Positions 34,256 through 48,205 of a stretch of 64,000 bases of DNA are shown in pieces. Below the pieces are notes generated by a model. It did no database searches and was not told the origin of the DNA. It saw only the letters and a list, made by a program, of their open reading frames with translations. The DNA lies in assembly GCF_036321535.1 (NCBI RefSeq), contig NC_087437.1, positions 16,618,001 through 16,682,000 of the forward strand. Reading direction: 5' to 3'. The position numbers and the translations under genes were made by a program. The stretch is from Camelus dromedarius. Its lineage: Eukaryota. The first letter of the stretch is position 1, and every line of letters starts with the position of its first letter.

Positions 34256-34850
34256 TTCCCCCATTGCGTTCTAGTTTCCATTGTAATGGTTGAGAAGCTA
34301 CTGTCATTTTAATAATCATTTCTCTCTAGGTGAAGTCTGTTCTTTGCTTTTATGACATTTTCTTCTATAATGCATTACATTTTTATATGTCTAGGTGTGG
34401 ATTTTCCCTTTTGTATATTTTGTCAAGACTCATGATTTCTGAATGAGAGAATTCTTGTCTTTTATCAATGCTAGAAACTTGTCAGCCATTCTCTTTTCAA
34501 ATATTCTTTTTCTACAATAACTTTTACTTTAGTATCTCTTTTTCTCTCTCTTTCTCTGTGTGTGTGTGTATATGTGTGTCTGTGTGTCTTAAGTTCTCTT
34601 TCACATTTTCTGTTTTAACTACTCTGTGCTGCAATTCAGTTTGTGAATTTCCCTTTAATTCTGTCTGATTTGCTGTTCAATCCATTGTTAGGTTTTTAAT
34701 TTTAATAACTATAATGTTGTCATTTTTAGAAAGTATATTTAATTCTGCCTTTTGGTCCTGTCTGTCTTTTAATAGTGTCTCATAAATAGCTTTTTTGTTG
34801 TTGTTGTTGTTTTCTTTTTATATTGTTTGTTTTTCACATCTTTAGTCATA
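34256..34850 (-). mobile_element. Continuation of old L1ME/HAL1-like remnant
   Basis: gttgagaagctactgtca, tatgtctaggtgtggatttt, ctgtctgatttgctgttcaatccat...tttttaattttaataactata. Confidence 0.55.
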
Positions 34851-34851
34851 A

Positions 34852-35375
34852 TCATTCGAATTCATTCAACAGACACTTATTGAGGGCCTAGTATATACCA
34901 GATACTATGGGCATTAGAAAGCAGATAAGAAATGATTTCTATTGTCAAGGAGGTATAAGGACAAAAATGCAATACATAAATTATGACACAATGTATAAGG
35001 AATAGGATAGACATTTGGTCAGAATATTCTAGGGAAATCTGATCCAGCAGAAGGGGATCAGAGAAAAACTCCAGAAGGATGTAAGGAATGAACTAAGTTC
35101 CAAAATATGAGGAGATATTAGGCAAGTGATATGGGAAGAGACAACATAAGCAAAGGCAAGAAAGTAAATATATGCACAGAGTGCCAAGAACCACCCTGGC
35201 TCCTCTGGCTGGCACTTAAAATTCTGAGGCTAGATGCAGGGAAAAGATGGAAAGGTGCAAAGGGACAAGAGAGGAAGATGGAAGTGTGATCAGGGGCCAG
35301 GTCATGGAGGATCTGGAAAACCCTGATGAGGGGCTCAGATAGTTTTATGTATTCAATGGAGACCTAGAGCAAGGA
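34852..35375 (-). mobile_element. LINE-2 3' region
   Basis: ttcattcaacagacacttattgagggcctagtatataccagatact...caggggccaggtcatggagg. Confidence 0.75.
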
Positions 35376-36099
35376 AAGAGTTGCAGAGGAACATGTGGCC
35401 TGATATAACCAAAAAACTTTACCAATGACAAATAAATGCCAGTGCCAGGGGAAGTTGTTGGTGAGCTGAATCTAGAATGGGGCACCTGTCTGCTCTACCC
35501 AGTAACAAAAATATGTCAACAGATTGGGGAATACATGCCCTGACTAAAAATGTTGAAATTCAGGTAAGTAGAAAGATAGACAGATACATACATACATACA
35601 CACATACCACCAAATGGATAACATGCTGGCCAAAAAAACCACCTAATGGTTCTTACTTAGACCACTTGTAATTAGTGTGTCTAAGAAAGTACTGAGCTGC
35701 AATTGCTAGGTTTTCTAGGACTAGCTTTTGGGGTGACTACAGTAGATTTTTGGAGTCCAACTCCAGCTTCATGGCTAGTGTTATCTTGAAGTGAATATCA
35801 ATGGCAAGTTAAGGGAAGAGAATGCCATGTAACCTATGGAACTCTGCTGAGGTATGGGTAGAAGGTGACCTACCCTAAGGGGTTAGATGTCAGTGGCTCT
35901 TGATGAGTCTGTTCACTTTCCCAAAAACTTTGACCAAGGGTAGGATACTAAGGTGTGGTCTTGTGGGTGCCTTCAGTTGACTAGGAATTCTTAGAGGAAC
36001 GCAGATAGTGGAAAATGGCACCACGCTCATTGATTACTGAACAGAATTGCAGACAGTTTCCTCCATATGTGCAACTGGAAAGCAATCCTAAAAAAGACA

Positions 36100-36358
36100 G
36101 TCAACGTTTATTGAGTTTTGGCCACAGGCCAGACTCTATTCTACGTCCTTTACATGCATTATCCCATTTTATCTTCACAACACCCCTTTGAGTTAGGTAC
36201 TTTTATTATTCCCACATTACAAATGAGGAAACTAGATCACAGAAAGGTTGAGTAACTTGCCCACGCTTATACAAGGAGGTAACTGAACCAAGTTTCCAGC
36301 CCAAGCCAATTCTGGCTCCACAGCCTGTACTCTTAACCTATAGGCTCTGCTGCCTTCC
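36100..36358 (-). mobile_element. MIR SINE, near full length
   Basis: aacgtttattgag...atcttcacaacacccctttgagttaggtacttttattattcccacattacaaatgaggaaact...agaaaggttgagtaacttgccca. Confidence 0.85.
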
Positions 36359-37389
36359 AAGAGTTCAGAAATGCTACAAAATGAAAAGTGGTGACATCCA
36401 TGTCATAGAATTTGTTAGTCCTCATCTGTACCACTCCAGAAGGCACATCTCCCTATCTACAGAAAAGCTTCATCTAACCCTCTACACTCCGGCTGTATGA
36501 AGCCAGGAGGAGGCAGCTTGATCCTACCCATGGATTCTCTGGAGGACTTTGCTCCCACTACCACTTGGCACATTCTCAAAGCTGTGGCAGTACTGTTTGT
36601 TTGGCCTGAGAGTACAGAGAGCTACAATGGGGGAAGTACTATTGAATTTTTATGCTTTACTGGTTTTAGAAATGCATCTGTTCTGAGTGAAATTCTTGGT
36701 TTGCTAAGCTTGATGGACCCACAAATGCCACATCCCATGTACATCAATGCTCTGTATTTATCCTTGCTTCATCATCAGGTGTAATTTCAAACCACTTCTC
36801 TCCATCTCTATGATTTCCTCCTCCTCTCGTGCCTCTCTTCTTTCCCTCAATTATTTTCCCCTTCCATTTTTTCCCATGGGTGATAAATGTTCACTACGTT
36901 AGCTGACATGGAAAGAGCACCAAACTTGGAATCCAGCTCCTTAGATTGAAATGTCAGTTCTCTAATGATATGTCTACAAGAAGGAGATAATAATGCTTTC
37001 CCCCAGAGTTCATAAATATTTGCTAAGTAGCTTCAATGAATTGAGCACTGCACTAGGTATTGGGGATCACATCAGTGGGCACTAATAATGATATACCAAC
37101 AATTGTAAAAGGTGATATGGAAGATGCTGCAGAATGCTATTACAGCATCTAGCATGAAGGTCTGTCCTTATCAGGAGGAGGCTTAAAATTGCCACTAGCA
37201 TATGAAATAACACTGTAAACTATAAAATCACATAGAAATGTCAAGTATAAAAATTTATTTTCTAATATATTTCTCCTTTCTCTTTTTCTTTTCCTCATTC
37301 CTTTTCTTTCCCTTCTTCCTTTTTTGGTAACCTGAGGTCAACTCTAGGTTATCAATAAATGATTAAGAATTGCTAGATACCCAGGCTGT

Positions 37390-39125
37390 ATCAAAATTTC
37401 AATGGCATTTTTTACAGAAATAGAAAAAACAATCCTAAAATTTGTATAGACCCACAAAAGACCCTAAATAGCCAAAACAAAGAAGAACAAAGCCAGAGGC
37501 ATCACAATTTCTGATTTAAAACTATACTACAAACTATAAAAATCAAAACAGTATAGTACTGGCATAAAAACACACACACACAGACCAATAGAATGGAATT
37601 GAGAGTCTAGAAATAAACCCATGTACGTATGGCCAATTAATTTATGACAAAGGAGCAAAGAACATATAACAGAGAGGATAGTCTCTTCAATAAATAGAAT
37701 TGGGAAAACTACACAGCCACATGCAAAAGCATAAAACTAGACCACTGTCTTACACCACACACAAAAATTAACTCAAAATGGATTAAAGATTTGAATGTAA
37801 TACCTGAAACCATAAAACTCCTAAGAGAAAACATAGTAAAAAAACTTCTTGGCATTGGTTTTAGCAACAATTTTTTTGGATACAAAACACCTAAAGCACA
37901 AACAATAAAAGCAAAAATAAACAAGGAGGACCAAGTCAAACTAAAAGTTCCTGCATAGCAAAAAAAAATGGACAATTGATAGGAGGAAAAGTATCTTACA
38001 GAACGAGAGAAAATATTTGCAAGTCATATATCTGATAAGGGGTGAATATCTAAAATATATAAGGAACTCACACAACTTGAGCAAAAAAAAAAAATATACA
38101 ACAACAACATCACATAATCCAATTTTAAAATGTGCAAAGGATCTAAATAGACATTTTTCTGAAGAAGATATACAGCCAACAGTCATATGAACTTGTGCTC
38201 AACATCACTAATCAGGGAAATATAAATCAAAACCACAATGAGACACCAGTTTACACCTGTCAGAATGGGTATTATCATTCTGATAACTTGTCACGTGTTG
38301 GTAAAACTGTGGCAAAAAAAGGAACTCCTGTGCACTGTGGTGGGAATGTAAATTGGTGAAGCCACTAAGGAAAACAGTATGGTATTTCCTCAAAAAATTA
38401 CAAATAGAATTACCATATGATCCAGAAATTCCACTTCTGGGTACATATTAGAAGGAAATGAAATAACTATCTCAAAGAGGTATCTACTGTCCCATGTTCA
38501 TTGCAGCATTATTTACAACAGCCAAGATGTGGAAGCAACGTAAGTGTCCATTGATGAATGAATGGATAAACGGAAAAAGAAAAATACATATATGTATAAT
38601 TGAATATTATTCAGCTATAAAAAGGAAAGAAATCCTGCCATTTGCAACAACATGGATGCAAACTGAGGGCGTTGTTCTAAGTTAAATAAGTCAGACAGAG
38701 AAAGACAAATGTTGTATGATCTCACTTTATATGTGGAATCTTAAAAAGCTGAACTTTCAGAAACAGGGACTAGAATGGTAGTTGCTGGGGTTGGAGGTGG
38801 GGAAATTAGGTATTGTTGGTCAAAGAGTGCAAACTTCTAGTTATAAGGTGAATAAGTACTGAGGAGCTAATGTGAAGCCTGGTAATTAGAGTTAATAATG
38901 CTGTATTATATACTTGAAAGTTGCTAAAAAAGTAGATCTTAAAATTTCTCATCCCAAAAAAAAACCCACCATAGTAACTATGTGAGGTGATAGATGTGTT
39001 ATCTAAGCTTATTTTGACAATTATTTTACAATATATAAGTGGATCAAATCATCATGTTGTACACCTTAAACTTACACAATATTGTATGTCAACCATACCT
39101 CAATAAATTTAGAAAAATAGGATAA
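37390..39125 (+). mobile_element. LINE-1 (L1MA9-like) ORF2 3' third and 3' UTR, degraded
   Basis: ORF 38494..38685 '[26 protein letters not shown]...ILPFATTW' is the L1 ORF2 C-terminus. The 3' UTR has tacttgaaagttgctaa and tcatgttgtacaccttaaa. Confidence 0.92.
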
Positions 39126-39254
39126 AATAAGATAAATAGAACTACGAGATTCTTATACAATTAGAAAAACTCTCTGTAAATATTTAGGGGGAATAGGATA
39201 GAATACAGGGTAAGGAAATAGAGGTGAATGTTCAAGAATTGTTTAAATAAAGTA

Positions 39255-39540
39255 AGCATTTATTCAGCATCTATAGAATAGCCACGTCTGCCAGGTACAG
39301 TGTCAGGCACTGAAGATACAGTGGGAAAAGACCCGGCCCTACCTTCAGGGAGCTCACATCTGGAGAGGAGACAGCTGAGCACATGGTACAATGTGACAAG
39401 AATTTTGACAGGTAAAGACTGAGGGGAGTACCAAGGAGAGGCTCCTAAACCAGGCTGGAGTGTCAGGGGAAGCTTTGCAGCAGAGATAAGGTGTGAGCTG
39501 AGTGCAGAGGGACAGGTAGGATCCACCCAACTGGTCAAAC
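39255..39540 (-). mobile_element. LINE-2 3' end
   Basis: gcatttattcagcatct...tgccaggtacagtgtcaggcactgaagatacagtggg...ggagctcacatctgg. Confidence 0.7.
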
Positions 39541-39814
39541 TGAAGGGACTCCACACCACCTCAAAGCAAACACAGAAATAACCATAGAGCAGTGACAGTC
39601 TTTAGGGGAATATAGGAAGAGTGTTTCGAATAGTCCAAAGACCAGGTGCCCTTTCTCTCCTAGGAAAGCCACATAGGGAGGACACAAGATGGCAGTGGTG
39701 GGATGGGATTGCACAAAGCAGGGAGGCATCGCAGGCAGAAAGTGCAAGTCTGGCAGAAATTGACAAGAAGTGGGCACTCACTTGCCCACTGGGGGCTGTG
39801 AAGGACGCAGCCTT

Positions 39815-40330
39815 TCTGGAGGACAAGGCAACAATATGTATCAAAAGCCTTAAAAATGTCCATGGTCTTTGACCTAGAAATTCAACCTTTAGAAATTGGT
39901 CCTAAGTGAAGATTTCCATAAAAGGATATTTATAATGGCGTTATTTTCAAAGGGTAACAAACTAGAAACAAGCCAAACTCCAACACTGAGGTAAGGGTTA
40001 AATGAATGGTCGCTGATTCATCTAGTAAAACAGCATACAACCAATAACAATCACATTCTTGAATAGCACTCACTGATAAGGAAAATGCCCATGATGTAAT
40101 ATTAAGTGTAAAAATAGGATATAAAACTGCACAAACTATATGATTTCATTTCATTTAAAATTTACGTGTGTGTGTGTGTATGAAGAAAAAACACTGGAAG
40201 GAAAAACATCAAATATCAGCACTTGTGGGATAACAAACAGGCAGTTTTATTTCATTCTACTATTGTTAGAGAAAAATAATAAACATTATCAAAGAAAATG
40301 TTAACAGAGGTTATTTCTAGAAATAAGGTC
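39815..40330 (+). mobile_element. Old LINE-1 (L1ME-like) 3' end
   Basis: ggcaacaatatgtatcaaaagccttaaaaatgtccat...tttgacctagaaattc, ggaaaatgcccatgatgtaatattaagtgtaaaaa. Confidence 0.7.
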
Positions 40331-40350
40331 AAAGTTGATTTTTTTAATTC

Positions 40351-40638
40351 TTTTTTTTCTTTTTTTTTATTGAGTTATGGTCAGTTTACAATATTGTGTC
40401 AATTCTGGTGTACAGCACAATTTTTCAGTCATACGTGAAAATACATATATTCATTTTCATATTCTTTTTCACTGTGAGCTACTACAAGATCTTGAATATA
40501 TTTCCTTGTGCTATACAGTATAAACTTGTTTATCTATTCTACATATACCTGTCAGTATCTACAAATCTCGAAGGGCCAGTTTATCCCTTCTTATTTTTTA
40601 TTGAAGTGTAGTCGATTTACAATGTTAGTTTCAAGTGT
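40351..40638 (-). mobile_element. Two tandem young LINE-1 3' ends (40351-40590 and 40591-40638) within one TSD
   Basis: Each piece starts ttttttattga...(g/a)tttacaat. The flanking direct repeat tcaaagttgattttt is at 40329-40343 and 40639-40653. Confidence 0.8.
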
Positions 40639-41604
40639 TCAAAGTTGATTTTTAAATTCTGTGTGTTTTCCAAAATATTTTCCCAAATTTCATACTATGA
40701 CAATGTATGGCTCTTCAAAAGAAATCATCGACGAGTGTTTTTTTTTCTTCTTCTTCACTCTAGGAACTCAGAATGCTTAGGAAACAAGCTGCTATTTTAA
40801 GGGATTAGTGATTGAGTCACCTGCTGAGAACAGGTGTCAGCTTAGCAGACAATGACATGGTGGCTCCCTCCCCTGCTCCCAGGACCAGAGGACCTCCCAC
40901 TGCCCGCCTTTTCTGCTCCATGAACCTACCTTTGAGAATGGGAAGTTGGCAGGGCTTTTGACCTTGCTCTGTAATCTGCAGGTTTAACCCTGTTATGGTC
41001 TTTCTCTGTAACCTGGCATCCAGAGGGTTTGCAGGCCAGGGGACAAGACAGCCCATTAAGCTTAGCAGATACTCCTGAGAGTGCTACGAGAGGATAGTCC
41101 ACATAAAATGAAACTTCTAAAACAAGAACTTAAATCCCTTTGTGTAAAAATAAGTCTTTTATCTGCTTACCATTCCTCATTTTTGCACCAAGTTAATTAA
41201 CAACAATTTTTCAGTGAGCATCCCTGACAGGTAAGTATTTGGAGCCTGGATCTCCTCCCCTATCTTTCCTTCTCCTCTGTGCATCAGTGGGCTCTATGGA
41301 GCTTGAAAAGCATGCTCTTGTTGGAGGAAACAGAAACAACAGTCAGACAGTATACTCTCCCTTGGGCTTTTTTTTAAACTAAGCATTAGTTTATTTCAGG
41401 ATTTTCAAAGTGAACTATTAAATTCATTGTGCTTTGCCTGATCAATTTTTTAAATATATTTTAAGAATATCTTTTAGTTAAGTTATACATAAAACATATT
41501 CTGGTAACAAAATCAAATAATACAGAAATAAGGAAAGTTTAAACCTTCCCATACCCCCAACTTTACCTTTCAATTCTACTTCTCTTCTTAGGATTAACCA
41601 CTTA

Positions 41605-44600
41605 TTTATTATATTAATTTCAGATGTTAAAATTTGATATGTGCGCACACTACAGAGTGATCACCACCACAAGTCTAGTTACTATCCATCACCATACAAT
41701 TGACCCCTTCACTTGTTTCACCCACCTAATCCCTTCCCCTCTGATAACCACTAATCTGATCTCTGTATCTACGAGTTTGTTTTGTTTTATTTTGTTTGTT
41801 CACACGTTTTGGCTTTTTTGAGTTCACACATGAGTGAAATCGTATGGTATTTATATTTCTCCCTCTGACTTATTTCATTTAGAATAATACCTTCAAGGTC
41901 CATCCATGTTGTCACAAATGGCAGGATTTAAACCTTTTTATGGCTAAGTAGTATTCCATCGTGTATACATACCACATCTTCTTTACCCATTCATTCATTG
42001 ATGGGCACTTAAGTTGTTTCCCTATCTTGGCTATTGTAAATAATGCTGCAATAAACACAGGAGTCCATATATCTTTTCAAATTAGTGTTTTCATGTTCTT
42101 TGAATAAATACCCAGAAGTAGAATACCTGGGTCTTATGGTAGTTTTATTAAGTTTTTGAGAAATCTCCATATTGTTTTCTGTCATGGCCATACCAATTTA
42201 CAGTCTCACCAAAAGTATACAAGGGGGTTCTCTTTTCTTCACTTCCTCTCCAATATTTGTTATTTCTTGTCCTTTTGATGATACCCATTCTAATAAGTGT
42301 GAGATGATATCTTATTGGGGTCTTGATATGCATCTCCCTAGTAATTAGTGATGTTAACATTTTTTCATGTGCCTGTTGGTTATCTGTGTGTCTTCTTTGG
42401 AAAAATGCCCATTCAAGTCCTATTCCCATTTATATTGGGTTTTTATTGTTGTTGAGTTGTATGAGTTTGTTATAGATTTTGGATATTAACCCCTTATCAA
42501 ACATATGATTTGTGAATGTTTTCTCCCATTCTGCAGGTTGTCTTTTGCTTTGATGATGGTTTCCTTTGCTGTGCAGAAGCTTTTTAGTTTGATATGGTCC
42601 CACTTGTTTATTTTTGCTTTTGTTTCCCTTGCCTTTGTTGGCAGGTTCACAAAAACATCACTAAGACCATTGCCAGTGAGGTTACTGCCTGTTTTCTTCT
42701 AGGAATTTTATGGTTTCAGGTCTTACATTCAACTCTTTAATTCATTTTGAGTTGATTTTTGTGTATAGTGTAAGATTATGGTCTAGTTTCAATTCTTTTG
42801 CATGTGGCTGTCCAGTTTTCTCAATTTCTTTTATTGATGATCTCTCCATTGTATATTCTTTGCTCCTTTTTTGTAAGTTAATTGACCATATGTGTATGAG
42901 TTTATTTCTGGGCTCTCAGTGTTCCTTTGGTCTGTGTGTCTGTTTTCATGCCAGTACAAATTTTTTATTTTGATCACTACAACTTTGTAGTATAGTTCGA
43001 AATCAGTAAGTGTGATGCCTCTGGCTTTGTTCTTCTCTCTCAAGATTTTTTGGCTATTCAGAATCTTTTGAAGTTCTGTATAAATTGTAGAATTATTTGT
43101 TCTGGTTCTGTGAAATATGCCTTTGGAATTTTGATAAGAGTTGCATTGAGTCTGTAGGTTGCTTTGGGTAGTATGGACATTTTAATAATGTTAATTCTTC
43201 CAGTCCACGAACACAGAGTATCTTTCCACTTATTGGTGTCTTCTTCAATTTCTTTCACCAGTGTCATACTTTTCAGTGTACAAGTCTTTCAGCTCCTTGG
43301 TTAAATATATTCCTGGGTATTTTATTATTTTTGATGCAATTGTAAATAAGATTGTTTTCTTAATTTCTCCTCCTGATAGTTTGTTATTAGTGTATAAAAT
43401 GCCACAGATTTCTGTATATTGATTTTATATCCTGTGCCTTTATTGAATTCATTTACTAGTTATAACAATTTTTTGGTGGAGCTTTTAGGGTTCTCTCCAT
43501 TTATTATCATGTCATATAAATATGACAGTTTTACTTCTTCCTTTCCAATTTGGATGACTTTTATTTCTTTTTCATGCCTAATTTCTCTGTCTATGACTTC
43601 CAATGCTTTGTTGAATAAAAGTGGTGAGAGTAGGCATCCTTGTCTTGTTCCCAATTTAAGATGAAAAGCTTTTAGTTATTTTCTTTAATGTTATGTTTAG
43701 CACAGTTGGACACAACATTAGGTGTGGCTTCTCATTCATGGGTCTTTATTACATTGAGGTACATTCCCTCTGTATCCACTTTGTTAAAGCTTTTCACCAA
43801 AAATTAATGTTGAATTTTGTCAGATGCTTTTTCTACATCTATTGAGGTGATAATATAATTTTTATCCTTCATTTCCTTCATTTTGTTAATGCAATATATC
43901 ACAATAATTGATTTGTGGATGTTGAACCATCCTTGCATCCCCAGAATAAATCTCATTTGACTGTGTTATATGATCCTTTTAATGTATTTTTGGATTCAAT
44001 TTGCTAGTATTTTGTTAAGTATTTTGCATCTGTGTTTATCAAGGACGTTGGCCTGTAACTCCTTTTTTTGCAATGTCTATGTCCGGTTCTGGCATCAGGG
44101 TAGTGTTGGCTTTGTAAAATGTGTTCAGAAGTTTTTCTTCCTCTTAAATTTTTTGGAAATGTTTGAGAAGGATTAATTCTTTGAGTGTTTTGTTGAATTT
44201 GCCAGTGAAGTCATCTGGTCCTTGGCTTTTGTTTGTTGAACGATTCTTGATTACTGTTTCAACCTCTTTACTGGTAATCAGATCTTTTAAATTTCTTCAT
44301 GATTCAATCTTGGAAAATTGTATGTTTCTAAAAATTTATTTACTGTCTAGGTTGTGCAATTGTTGACATATAATTGTTCGTAGTAGTCTCTTATGATCCT
44401 TTGCATTTCTGTGTTATCAGTTGTAACTTCTCTTTCATTTCCTATTTTATTTGAGTCCTCTCTCTCCCTTTTTTAGTTAATATAACTAAAAATTTGTCAA
44501 TTTTTTTATATTTTCAAAGAATCAGTTTTTAGTTTCATTGATTTTTTTCTATTGTTTTCTATTTCACTTATTTCCACTGTAATCTTTATTATTTCCTTCC

Positions 44601-45890
44601 TTCTACTAATTTTGAGCTTCATTTGTTCTTCATTTCCTAGTTCTTTCAGGTGTAACGTTAGCTTGTTTATTTTGGATTTTTCTTGTTTCTTGAAGTAGCC
44701 CTGTATTTCTATGAACTTCCCTCCTAGAACCACTTCTGCTGCATCACTTAGATTTTGGTATGATATATTTCTGTTTTCATTTGTCTCTAGGTTTTTTTTT
44801 TATTTTCTCCTTTGATTTCTTTGATGATGCATTAGTTGTTCAGTAGTATGTTGTTTAATCTCCATATTTTGTGATTTTCTCATTTTTTTTTCTTGTATTG
44901 ATTTCTAGTTTAATATCATTGTAGTCAGAGAAAATGATTGATATGATTTCAGTCTTCTTGAATTTATTGAGAGATATATATAAAGTTTATCTGGTCTATT
45001 GTGTTATTTAAATTCAATGTTTCTTACTGATTTTTGTTCTTGAGGATCTATCCATCTGGTGTAAGTGGAGTGTTAAAGTCCCCTATGATTATGTAGTGCT
45101 TTCAGTTTTTCCCTTTAAGTTCATTAATGTTTGCTTTATATATCTTAGTGCTCCTCTGTTAGGTGCATATACATTAAAAAAATGTTACATCTTCTTGCTG
45201 GATTGACATCTTTATCATTAAGTCTTTGTTAAAAGTCCATTTTGTCTGATATGAGTATAGCTAATCCACATGTCTCTTCATTTCCATTTGCGTGGAGTAA
45301 CTTTTTCCATCCCTTCACTTTCAGACAGACAGGTGTGTTCCTTCTTCTGAAGTGAGTCTCTTGGAGGTGGCAAATAGATGAGTCTTGTTTTTTTTTTTTT
45401 TTTATCCATTCATCTACTCTTTGTCTTTTAATTGGTGAATTTAGTTCATTTACGCTTAAAATAATTATTGATATGTATGTGCTCATTGCCATTTTGTTCA
45501 TTGTTTTCTGGCTGTATTTGTAGTTCTTTTTTGTTCCTTTCTTCTTCTCTTTCTCTCTTCCTTTGTGTTTTGGTTATTTTCTTTAATGTTATGTTTAGAT
45601 TACTTTCTCATTTGTGTGTGTGTACTTTCTATAAGTTCCTTGTGGTTACTGTGAGATTCACATATAACATTCTACATAAATAGTTACCTGTTTAAAGCTG
45701 GTCGCAACTAAATTTAAACACATTCCAAAGATTTATCATTTTACCCCTCCTCTGACTTTTATACTTTTGATGACACATTTTACATCCTTTTATTTTATGC
45801 ATCCTTTAATTATTGTAATTTTAGTTAATTTTTCTACTGTTGTCTTTTAACTTTCATGCTTTCTTTATAAGCAATTGATCCACTACCTTA
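41605..45890 (-). mobile_element. Long LINE-1 copy with nearly complete, disrupted ORF2 (endonuclease, reverse transcriptase, C-terminal), 3' UTR and upstream inter-ORF sequence
   Basis: Collinear ORF2 peptides: 'ISIIILSVNELNSPIKRQRVDEWIKK...ICHLQETH' (EN, 45229-45501), 'GKFIEIQGYFKKQEKSKIN', '[14 protein letters not shown]...EVKLS' (RT, 43460-43654), '[17 protein letters not shown]', 'MLTSLITREMHIKT'. Many stops and frameshifts. Confidence 0.95.
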
Positions 45891-47619
45891 ATTCTATATT
45901 TTCTCTTAGTCTTAATCATTTGCAAATATTGCACTTAATTTCCCAAACAGCAAGCCTATACCCTCCATGTACTTCTTATTCCAAACATTGCTTTCAAAAA
46001 AAAAAAATTTTTTTACTTGTCTTTAGCCTTTTTGCCCACAAGTTTCGGCTTGTTCTGAGATTTAGCCTTCCTGACGCTCTTCTCATGGGTATGACAGGCC
46101 TGGGCCAGCCAGTGGTTCCCATTGCACTTCATATCTGTGGGATTATATTTACCTCACTGTGTAAAAATGTTGAATACATTTTGCTTGTTTCCCTGATTCT
46201 GCACCTTTCTGACTAGATCTCAAAGCCTATGAACACTGCTTCTAACCCATTTACTGAAGGCTTCCACCTGAAAATTTCTCTGATTTCATATTCCTTTTGT
46301 GCTATAGTGGTTATCTTCCATGATGCTTGACTTCATGGTAGTATTAGACCAATTTCTCCCCCACTCTGACCAATTTGGGGTGGAATCTCTCAATTAGGTA
46401 GGCGTTTCCTGTCAAACAAGTCTTCCCAGATTTAGTGCAAAGCACTCAGTAATCTCTGCCAGAAGCTTTGGTATCAAAAGCCACAATCTAGGAAACTAAA
46501 GCCTGCTACTTAATACCAATACTTCAATTTTCACTCCTCAAGTGGCGACTTTTACAATGGAGGGTGACATGAGTTATGACCCCTGCCCATCTTAACTCTT
46601 AGCCTACCATGTATTTTATAAGGGCCTTCAAAGCCGATAAAGATATATGTGGCAGGGTTCTTCTGCCTTACTCACCCCTTTATATATAAATCTGTAGGTG
46701 TGAGTACTGATCAATAGGACTGATACATACTGGTGGGTGTTGGCCACCTCCTGCCTGCCTACATGCTCCAGCATGACCGTTCACCCCTGCTGTCTGCGTC
46801 AGGCCACAGAGCTACCCCAAAGGGAGTTGCTCACCAACCTCTATGACTCACCTCTTCCTCACTGGGTAGGATCAGCCTTGCTCGCTCCTGTTCCTGCCAG
46901 TGCATGGCCTGCTCTCTGACTACAGATAAGCGGGGGGCCTCCTTGGCCCCAGGTAGAGATGTTTCTCCTCCACCAACACCTCCACTGGATCACTGTTTTT
47001 CTCTCAAGCCACCTGAAACTGACTAAGCCCCCTCCTCTCTTAGGAAGCCTTTCTTTCTGTCTTCCTGCCTTCCATGTGTCTTCCCTACTGTCTAGGCACC
47101 CCCTCTGTGGGGGCTGGGGAGCCCCAGATGAAGCCTTTCACCCTCTTTGGAAGCAGGGAGAATCCGCTGTGCTTGCAGACGGCTTAGGCAGGAAGCTAAA
47201 CGCAGTGTACTCTGCAACAATTCTCTCGGCCCTCAGACTTCCTGGGTCAAGAGTCCTTTCTGGCTCTCCCTGTAAAAATAAGTTTGTTCACCAGTTGATT
47301 CCCTAGAAAGCCCATTCATAGTTCTCTTAAGAAAATAGCTCTTAAATCAGTTTCATCGGCATAAATCAGCTGCCTCTCACTGTTAATAATCATTAACTCT
47401 AGCAAGTGCTCAACTTTAAATGTTTAAGAAGTAACAAACTCAAAACACAAGGACAGCTTAAATGCACAATGGTAATGATTTTCCTTCCACGTCTTCCCAG
47501 CCAGGCTTATTTCCTGGCTCTCCTATAACTAGGCACTCAGTAGGGGTTTTTGAAATACTCCCACCCTCACCTAACTCATGTCTCTTCCTTTCATGGCCTC
47601 AAGCCTCATCTCTGTAGCT

Positions 47620-47790
47620 ACGGAACTGTTGATATAGAGGGGACCTTGGAGACAATCTCGTCAGTCCTATTTTTTTATCTGTAGCAGGTTTAGTTTTTCA
47701 CTCACAGACTAGGATGTGAAAATGTGACTTTACTACCTTATAACTGAACTTAGTTCTTAAGTTCTCATTCCTATTCAGTCTTGCCAGTGC
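47620..47790 (-). mobile_element. MIR-family fragment
   Basis: gagggaccttggagacaatctcgtcagtcctattttttt...gaacttagttctt. Confidence 0.4.
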
Positions 47791-48125
47791 GGAATAACTA
47801 GTCACTTTCATGGTTTAATCCCCCCTCAGGTCTTTTTGGATTAATAGTTAACCAGTTAAGGATTCTCTCTCTGTTCTCCTCCCCCCGCCACCCACAATCT
47901 AAGTTCAGGTGGGGTGTGAGGTGCAGTTTATGTTCCATCCTGACAGCAGGAATGAGGAAGCAGACTGCCAACTGGGTCCACAATCCTCTCCCCGTGTGAG
48001 TCTCTGCTGAGACAGCCAGCTCCTTGCTACATCCTTATTGCCAGGCACTGGGGTCCACTGTTGCTGCCAAGGGTCCTTTAAGGCCTCCAGTTACCAAATT
48101 CAATCAGCTGCATTCTCCTCACCTA

Positions 48126-48205
48126 GGAATGCCAGATTTAGCAAATAAAAATAAAGGATGCTCAGTTAAATTCGAATTTCAGGTAAACAACGAATGATTT
48201 TTTTT
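48126..48205 (+). mobile_element. MER53-like DNA transposon, left half
   Basis: tgccagatttagcaaataaaaataaaggatgctcagttaaattcgaatttcaggtaaacaacgaatgatttttt matches the recalled MER53 left end. Confidence 0.8.

Noticed and set aside
45229..45501. Endonuclease-like ORF, and the RT-like ORF at 43460-43654
   Set aside because: Fragments of a disrupted L1 ORF2, not a host gene or a novel RT system.
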